Positions 58,736 to 64,000 of a DNA stretch of 64,000 nucleotides are shown here, in pieces. Origin of the DNA: an uncultured candidate division Zixibacteria bacterium. GTDB lineage: Bacteria > Zixibacteria > MSB-5A5 > GN15 > PGXB01. The stretch is taken from positions 704,001 to 768,000 of the forward strand of contig OY969724.1 in the NCBI GenBank assembly GCA_963702205.1. The letters run 5' to 3'. A program made the translations under genes and the position numbers. The stretch's first letter is position 1, and every line of letters begins with the position of its first letter. A model generated the notes under the pieces. The model saw only the letters and a program-made list of their open reading frames with translations. It had not been told where the DNA came from and made no database searches.

Positions 58736-61593
58736 CAGTTACCTCCCCACAGCACAGCAGCGATCCGAAGATATGGATTGTCTTCGGTGGTCATCGTTTC
58801 TTTTATCCACTCAGAATACTCAACGAACAATTTATCTATTTCGCGGCGTTGATTCTCGCGACGGCTTTTACGAACAGTAGACAACTCACCACCAAAGTCC
58901 AATTCCAGTTGGGCATGGCGACGAGTTCGTAATTCATCTAATTTAGACAGGTGCTCTTTTAACTTGGGATTATTTGCATCCTCCCACGCCTGCCGATGTT
59001 TGGTCATTATCTCTTTAGATTTCAAGACAACGACTGGAAGTAGTTCTGCGAGAAGCTCACCATCAGTAGTCATCCCGGGATTGGCAATCTTACGTTGTCC
59101 TAACCCAGCAATCCGAAATACATCATCTAAATCAAGCTCTTCATCGAAATCCTTGCCCCTGAATCGCATGCCAAACCATCGATCAATCAACGGGTGACCT
59201 CTGCGATTAGGCACCAGACCAGATACGACGAAAATACTTTCATCTTTCTTTAGTGAATCCGGCAATGTTAGAATAGGAGCCTCGTGCCGTTGGAAGGCCG
59301 ACATAACCTTATCAGTAATCCATTCCGCAACAGGATGTTGCTCCCATAAAAGATGTAGCTTTGGCCAAAGGCGATCTTCTTTTCGGCAAGTTGCTATCTC
59401 AGCCTGTATCTTATCACGATCAGCGCTAAGCAGTATCTGGCCGTCGTGAATTTCAATTTCAGGAGGCAGGAATCTCAAGCGCCTCTCCAGTTCCCCAGGT
59501 ACTGTAAGTGTAATGAATTGGTCATGGTCATCTGTCTCAAATTGGATTCTCTGCTGGCGGTCGATAAACCTTAGGCCATTCTTTAAAAACTCATATGCAC
59601 TGGGAAATAGCGAAGGAGTTTTCGCAATCGCCTTCTCGGCTTCTTTACCTGTAGGGAATTCCATGTCGCCCATTAGAATTGCCAGCGGATCAACTTCACT
59701 CTTCTCAATGAGTTTGTCAAATTCATCCACGGAGAGACCACGTTCGATTGCAGCTGCAGTTCTAGCTTCTTCTTCCTCCTGGTCATAGATTCCAGTGAAC
59801 TCTGAAGGGTCGCCGATATTTTTTACAACCTGCTCATCTTTCTCTGTCAATAGTTCCAGAATACGCAAATCACCTTTAATCTTCGGATTATCACACTGAG
59901 TGACAAGATAGGTTATTAGTGGTTCGCTAGTCTGACCATATCGGTCTATGCGACCATTTCTCTGTTGAAAAGTCATAAGTGACCAAGGGATATCAAAATG
60001 AATCAAACGATGTGATAAGTAGTGTAGATTGATGCCCTCAGCTGCTACGTCTGATGCCAGTAACAAGCGAAGACTGTCTGATTCTCTGCCAAATCGCTCA
60101 ACGACATCTTGCTGCTCTACGTCGGATAGGCTTCCATATAGGGAAGCAACCTGTTTTGCTCCTAATCCAAGGTCATTGGGAAGATGTTCTTCTAAGAATT
60201 TTAGCGTCTCAATACGCTCTGTAAAAATGACAAGTCTGTCTGATGTGTCTTGACCCGTCCACTTGGATGTCTTAATCTCTGAAACTAACTTCTGATACTT
60301 ACTAAAGCATTCCGGTGTCACATCAGCTAGCACATTCAACAGAGTTGTAAGCTTTTCAATATCTTGATCAAATTCTGGTTCACTTTTCTTCTCAAGTTTT
60401 TTAATGCGGTTGCGAACGGTATCCATACAGGCTGCAGGACTTGAAAATAGTGCTTTTTCAAGAGTTGTTTTAAAGAGCATGTTTCCGCCTCGATTCTGGT
60501 CCAAACTTGTAAATCTAAGCTTGGAGAAGAAGCTGAAGACCGCCTCTTCGACAGGCGAGGCTTGGCAATAAGCGCGCGAAATGCTCCGTTCTTTAAAGGA
60601 CAGCGATACTTGATCCTTAATATCTTTCTTAAAGCGGCGAATGAAGAGGCCTTGTATATCATCCGGTCCGTACTCATCTGGATTGGTAATAGCAGTTGGG
60701 TTTAGCATGTTCATTAGGCTTGCAAATGAACGCTTTTTCCCATCGTGCGGAGTGGCAGAAAGCATTATGAGGGTATCCGACCTAGATGAAAGCAATCGTG
60801 CCAATTTGGATCGCATGGAGTTAGTGCCACGCTCGGCAACATTATGAGCTTCATCTATGACAATGATATCCCAATAACAATTCTCTATGTAGGCCCTATA
60901 TTCAGCTTCCTGCTTTAGTGTATCTATGGAGATTATTGCCTTATCGAAAAAAAAGAATGGATTCTGATTGGATGGAATTCTAGTTCGGATTCGTTGGATA
61001 CCAACTGAATCGAGTCGAACTAAAGGAATTGTGAATCGCGCCCACATCTCCTTTTGAAACTGTGTTAACATACTTTTCACAGCTAAGACAAGAATACGCT
61101 TACCACGGCCTCTCTTAATTAACTCACTAAGCAGGATTCCGCACTCAATTGTCTTTCCCAACCCCACAGCATCAGCAATAAGTATTCTCTGCCTTGGTTG
61201 CTTCAAGGCTTGGATTGTAGGATCCAACTGATAAGGAACGGTGTCCATCGCGCCTTTGTGACCGATGTACACTCGTTCGTCAGTAGGTGCTGACTGGCGG
61301 AGCAAGCTCTCAAGGTAAACCAGAGAATCTGAATATTCTCGTGACTGATCTGGAACCAAGCGAGTCTCTTCTGGTCGTAGAACTCGCATTGTTTCCTCAA
61401 CCTCAGTCAAGAATGTTGACTCTTTCTCCCGAACTAGTTCTGAAAGCCCAACGCAAGAGACCGCCTGTCCGCCACTAAACGTTCGATCAACTCGACGAAC
61501 CAACCATTCGGCGTCCCGTACCACGATTCTAGCACCTGGTGCTAAGCGGACTTCCAGCGGAGACGCATCTTGTGAAATTGAATTATCACGCAT
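58735..61593 (-). CDS. SNF2-family helicase (DrmD-like)
   Basis: YQL, LIADAVGLGKT, DEAH, LSATPH, EGINL, QRNGRIDRYGQ. Probable start MRDNS at 61593, overlapping the upstream HTH stop. Confidence 0.88.
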   Translation of the reverse strand: MRDNSISQDASPLEVRLAPGARIVVRDAEWLVRRVDRTFSGGQAVSCVGLSELVREKESTFLTEVEETMRVLRPEETRLVPDQSREYSDSLVYLESLLRQSAPTDERVYIGHKGAMDTVPYQLDPTIQALKQPRQRILIADAVGLGKTIECGILLSELIKRGRGKRILVLAVKSMLTQFQKEMWARFTIPLVRLDSVGIQRIRTRIPSNQNPFFFFDKAIISIDTLKQEAEYRAYIENCYWDIIVIDEAHNVAERGTNSMRSKLARLLSSRSDTLIMLSATPHDGKKRSFASLMNMLNPTAITNPDEYGPDDIQGLFIRRFKKDIKDQVSLSFKERSISRAYCQASPVEEAVFSFFSKLRFTSLDQNRGGNMLFKTTLEKALFSSPAACMDTVRNRIKKLEKKSEPEFDQDIEKLTTLLNVLADVTPECFSKYQKLVSEIKTSKWTGQDTSDRLVIFTERIETLKFLEEHLPNDLGLGAKQVASLYGSLSDVEQQDVVERFGRESDSLRLLLASDVAAEGINLHYLSHRLIHFDIPWSLMTFQQRNGRIDRYGQTSEPLITYLVTQCDNPKIKGDLRILELLTEKDEQVVKNIGDPSEFTGIYDQEEEEARTAAAIERGLSVDEFDKLIEKSEVDPLAILMGDMEFPTGKEAEKAIAKTPSLFPSAYEFLKNGLRFIDRQQRIQFETDDHDQFITLTVPGELERRLRFLPPEIEIHDGQILLSADRDKIQAEIATCRKEDRLWPKLHLLWEQHPVAEWITDKVMSAFQRHEAPILTLPDSLKKDESIFVVSGLVPNRRGHPLIDRWFGMRFRGKDFDEELDLDDVFRIAGLGQRKIANPGMTTDGELLAELLPVVVLKSKEIMTKHRQAWEDANNPKLKEHLSKLDELRTRRHAQLELDFGGELSTVRKSRRENQRREIDKLFVEYSEWIKETMTTEDNPYLRIAAVLWGGN

Positions 61594-61789
61594 CAGAATC
61601 ACCTTCTTGCGGACGACTTCCGCCCTCCCCTCGGCGGACCCATACGTCGATTTCCTCCCTTCTGAACTTCCATAGACGACCAATGCGATGTGCAGGCATT
61701 TTCTTATCTGATATCCATTTGTAAACCGTGTCCCTCTTTATGCCTAAGTACACCGCAATTTCGTCCACGGAAAGCCAACGGTCTTCCAT
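61586..61789 (-). CDS. HTH_17/excisionase-like DNA-binding protein heading the restriction-type operon
   Basis: WLSVDEIAVYLGIKRDTVYKWI...PAHRIGRLWKF..EEID.W. Confidence 0.85.
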   Translation of the reverse strand: MEDRWLSVDEIAVYLGIKRDTVYKWISDKKMPAHRIGRLWKFRREEIDVWVRRGEGGSRPQEGDSDA

Positions 61790-62014
61790 ATTTCGCTCCG
61801 TTGTGTTAGACTAAGAATGCCCCTCTTGATCGCATTCATGAGAGATAGAAACACGACCAAATCAGTGGCACTCATCACTACTAATCAGGTTTAACTGGCA
61901 TATAATGCATTTAAACAAGTCAGAAGTCAAGGGGTTTAGACGGATAACAAATGGCATGTGGATAATAAAATGAGGACTTAAGATCGAATCTCAAGCCCTC
62001 TTGGGGTGTGTTTC

Positions 62015-62320
62015 TCATTCAACTCGTCGCATTTGATGGACTGTTGAAAGAGGAACGGGGGTAAAGTACAAATCTCTCTCAATTGGCAGTTTGAGTGGGC
62101 CGCGGATTTCCTGAAGTTCAGAAAGCCGGAAGTAGCCCAGTTCTGTTTCCAAACCAATTACGAGGCCAAAGAACAGGTCGTCGTCGTCAAATTCGATGGC
62201 GTACCACGTCCAGTTCGCGTCCGGAGTGAAAAACTTAACCCGCAGAAGCGGATTGGTCTCGTTCTCGGTTGAGTAGAGCGGAGGTAATGACTTGCGGATT
62301 TCATCAGTTATGAGCTCCAT
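62015..62320 (-). CDS. DUF2958-like protein
   Basis: Probable start MELITDEIRKSLPPLY at 62320 (RBS GGAGG); VKFFTPDANWTWY..E...FFGLV.G...ELGYF.LSEL...IERDLYF. Confidence 0.75.
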   Translation of the reverse strand: MELITDEIRKSLPPLYSTENETNPLLRVKFFTPDANWTWYAIEFDDDDLFFGLVIGLETELGYFRLSELQEIRGPLKLPIERDLYFTPVPLSTVHQMRRVE

Positions 62321-62321
62321 A

Positions 62322-63107
62322 TCATCCCCTCCATCTTCGGCATGGTTCAGCGAATTCGCAGTTGCCACATTGCCACCCATAATTAGGATGAAAGCAACCA
62401 CTGCTGATCGATTTACATACCGACTTAGCAAGATGAAAGAACCTGACCATATCCGACTTGTCTCGTAGGACCTCGACAGATTGAAGTCTGGGTGTCTTGG
62501 TCTTCGTAACGACATCTAGCCGAAGATTCGCATCGCGTTCATAGAGAACTCGAAAAGCGTATCCGTAAGCTGTGAGTTGAATGTGGTTCAGGATGGTCAG
62601 CTTGTCATAGGCACGTGCCGCAGTCTTTGTTTCAACGACCGTGTCCTCAGACTCCAGGAGATCAAAGTATCCGTCCAGCGGTATACCCAAATCTTCACCT
62701 GTCTCCAAATCGACAAGCGGCACTCGAAACGGAACCTCTGTATCTTGCACCGGTGTACCGCGATAACCTTTGACGTAAGTAGAAGCTAGCTTGCCACCTA
62801 TTTCGATTACATCATCAAGCGACTCGCCGTTCTTGAACCGGAGTTTCTCCTCTGCCTGAGCCCGTAAATCAGCGGCTAGTATGCGGGATACATCATCAGC
62901 ATCGGGTGACGAACCATTCTTCCTGTGCTTATGCCACCATTCAATTGCGGCGTGAAATGCGGTACCAAGCGCCAATTCAATTGGTTTGAACGGCCGTGGT
63001 AACTTGTCCACATACACGAAGCGATATTTGAGTGGACACATCAGGTAGATGTTGACCTGCGATACTGAGACATGATCTGTTGGATGATTGTTCCGATTGG
63101 CATTCAA
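62322..63107 (-). CDS. PD-(D/E)xK (RecB/Cas4-like) nuclease
   Basis: SVSQV..Y..CP, GTAFH, GYFDL...VETKT, QLTAY, C-terminal CGNCEF...C. Confidence 0.82.
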   Translation of the reverse strand: MNANRNNHPTDHVSVSQVNIYLMCPLKYRFVYVDKLPRPFKPIELALGTAFHAAIEWWHKHRKNGSSPDADDVSRILAADLRAQAEEKLRFKNGESLDDVIEIGGKLASTYVKGYRGTPVQDTEVPFRVPLVDLETGEDLGIPLDGYFDLLESEDTVVETKTAARAYDKLTILNHIQLTAYGYAFRVLYERDANLRLDVVTKTKTPRLQSVEVLRDKSDMVRFFHLAKSVCKSISSGCFHPNYGWQCGNCEFAEPCRRWRG

Positions 63108-63793
63108 AATGGTACCTCCTCGGCCGGTTTGGCCGCGTTTACCATTTCGTCGATTAAAACACTAGCTCTTGATTTTGTGATCTGATCGAGCGATTCAACC
63201 TCAGCCTTGTTCAGCAGGTATTGCTGGGCTTCATCACCTTCGATCTTCCGTTCAGCCAGTAAGCGGAAAAGGTATCTCCGTTGAGCGACAGTCATTGTAG
63301 CGTCAGTATCTGATGCAGGATTTGAATCAGCTCTTGGGCTTGACCGACTCCTCATTCCAGGGATTTTGTCACTTCCCGGACTAGATTGAGAATTGCCGTT
63401 GTTTCCATTGCCCGGATGACCATTTCCCTCCAGAGCCAGCTCCTCAATCGACACAACACCGATATTGACGGCATCGCGGAGCGCCCTCGCTTTCGCACGA
63501 GTCTCGGCCATCCGGATGATGTGAGGAATGATCCTCGACGCGACATTTTCCGGGCTGGCATCTCCATGACCCTTAAAGATACCGCTTTCGGTCTCTACAA
63601 TGGCCAGAAACACGGCTGTGTGGCCGTTTGCCTCATCCGGAAGCTGCACCAACGCAGTTTCCATCTTCTTTAGCCCTTTATCGTGGGCTAAGCTCAGCAA
63701 ACCGGCGTAGGTTACTACATCTTCGGTCGCGATGATACGACCCTGACGATCCTTGATTTCAATCGTCTTCACGAGACTGCCATTTCCAGACAT
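63104..63793 (-). CDS. Putative single-strand annealing protein (Rad52/Sak-like) of a phage-type recombination module
   Basis: VTYAGLL..AH, GHGDA, MAETRAKARALRDA; C-terminal MT.AQ..YL domain and acidic-aromatic tail EEVPF; RBS AGGAGG. Confidence 0.6.
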   Translation of the reverse strand: MSGNGSLVKTIEIKDRQGRIIATEDVVTYAGLLSLAHDKGLKKMETALVQLPDEANGHTAVFLAIVETESGIFKGHGDASPENVASRIIPHIIRMAETRAKARALRDAVNIGVVSIEELALEGNGHPGNGNNGNSQSSPGSDKIPGMRSRSSPRADSNPASDTDATMTVAQRRYLFRLLAERKIEGDEAQQYLLNKAEVESLDQITKSRASVLIDEMVNAAKPAEEVPF

Positions 63794-64000
63794 GACTACC
63801 TCCTAAGTTTTGAGTAATTGTGAAAAGGACTGTTTTGTGTGATCAGTCTGGAGTGTAGCAAGTCTGTGAAAACGCTCAATTGCCTTAGTAGGCAACAAGA
63901 TAGGTATCGACGTTAGAGCAAATTTCTGATAAGCTGCCGCGATATGGAAAATGAGAAAATTACAATCTTAGGTGAAACCAATTATCGCAATAAGAGACAA

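Larger units (their letters stand above)
16844..64000. mobile_element. Integrative (probably mobilizable/conjugative) element or tandem island array; right end and integrase outside the window
   Basis: att-like left end, shift to AT-richer sequence, Rep with origin, RuvC, two Replic_Relax genes, VirD4-like ATPase, phage-type recombination genes, dense defence cargo. No integrase or mating-pair genes seen. Confidence 0.6.

Noticed and set aside
61957..61965. DnaA box TGTGGATAA as an origin
   Set aside because: Single isolated box with no iterons or cluster.
62322..63107. cas4
   Set aside because: Cas4-like motifs, but no CRISPR context and it is paired with an annealase-like gene; generic PD-(D/E)xK nuclease.
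251..63673. Numerous short antisense or nested ORFs in the track
   Set aside because: They overlap long, motif-supported genes in other frames and have no recognisable features.

Overview
This is a bacterial genomic-island region, almost entirely on the minus strand. Left part (1-16.6 kb, visibly GC-richer): a translationally coupled array of five membrane-anchored Hanks-type Ser/Thr kinases. Four have near-identical, mosaic kinase domains, and the C-terminal sensor domains differ (TolB-like propeller, or TolB-N plus TPR). The array is followed by two paralogous lipoproteins, a remnant of a sixth kinase and a secreted alpha/beta-hydrolase-PDZ gene. The kinase style recalls Zixibacteria, from memory only and not verified. 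At 16.7-16.9 kb there is a displaced 3' fragment of tmRNA/tRNA-Ala with integrase arm-type repeats (att site); a 64-bp copy of that end recurs at 22.5 kb. The AT-richer remainder looks like an integrative element rich in defence cargo: DUF4062-STAND NTPase-TPR plus SLATT; RecD-like helicase-nuclease, DUF2779 and NERD-helicase; a TerY-P-like vWA-vWA-PP2C-kinase-FHA operon running directly into a VirD4-like ATPase and a Replic_Relax protein; RuvC, XRE and a Rep gene with an internal iteron/DnaA-box origin; a DISARM-like SNF2-MTase-(ABC ATPase-TOPRIM)-DEAD/DUF1998-UvrD operon; and a phage-type recombination module. The most striking unexplained pattern is that three unrelated cargo operons are each headed by a paralogous small ribbon-helix-helix gene carrying the same palindromic operator over a sigma70 promoter, and the modules are separated by att-like repeats. 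Three +1 frameshifts may be sequencing errors. All family assignments are from motif recognition, not database searches.
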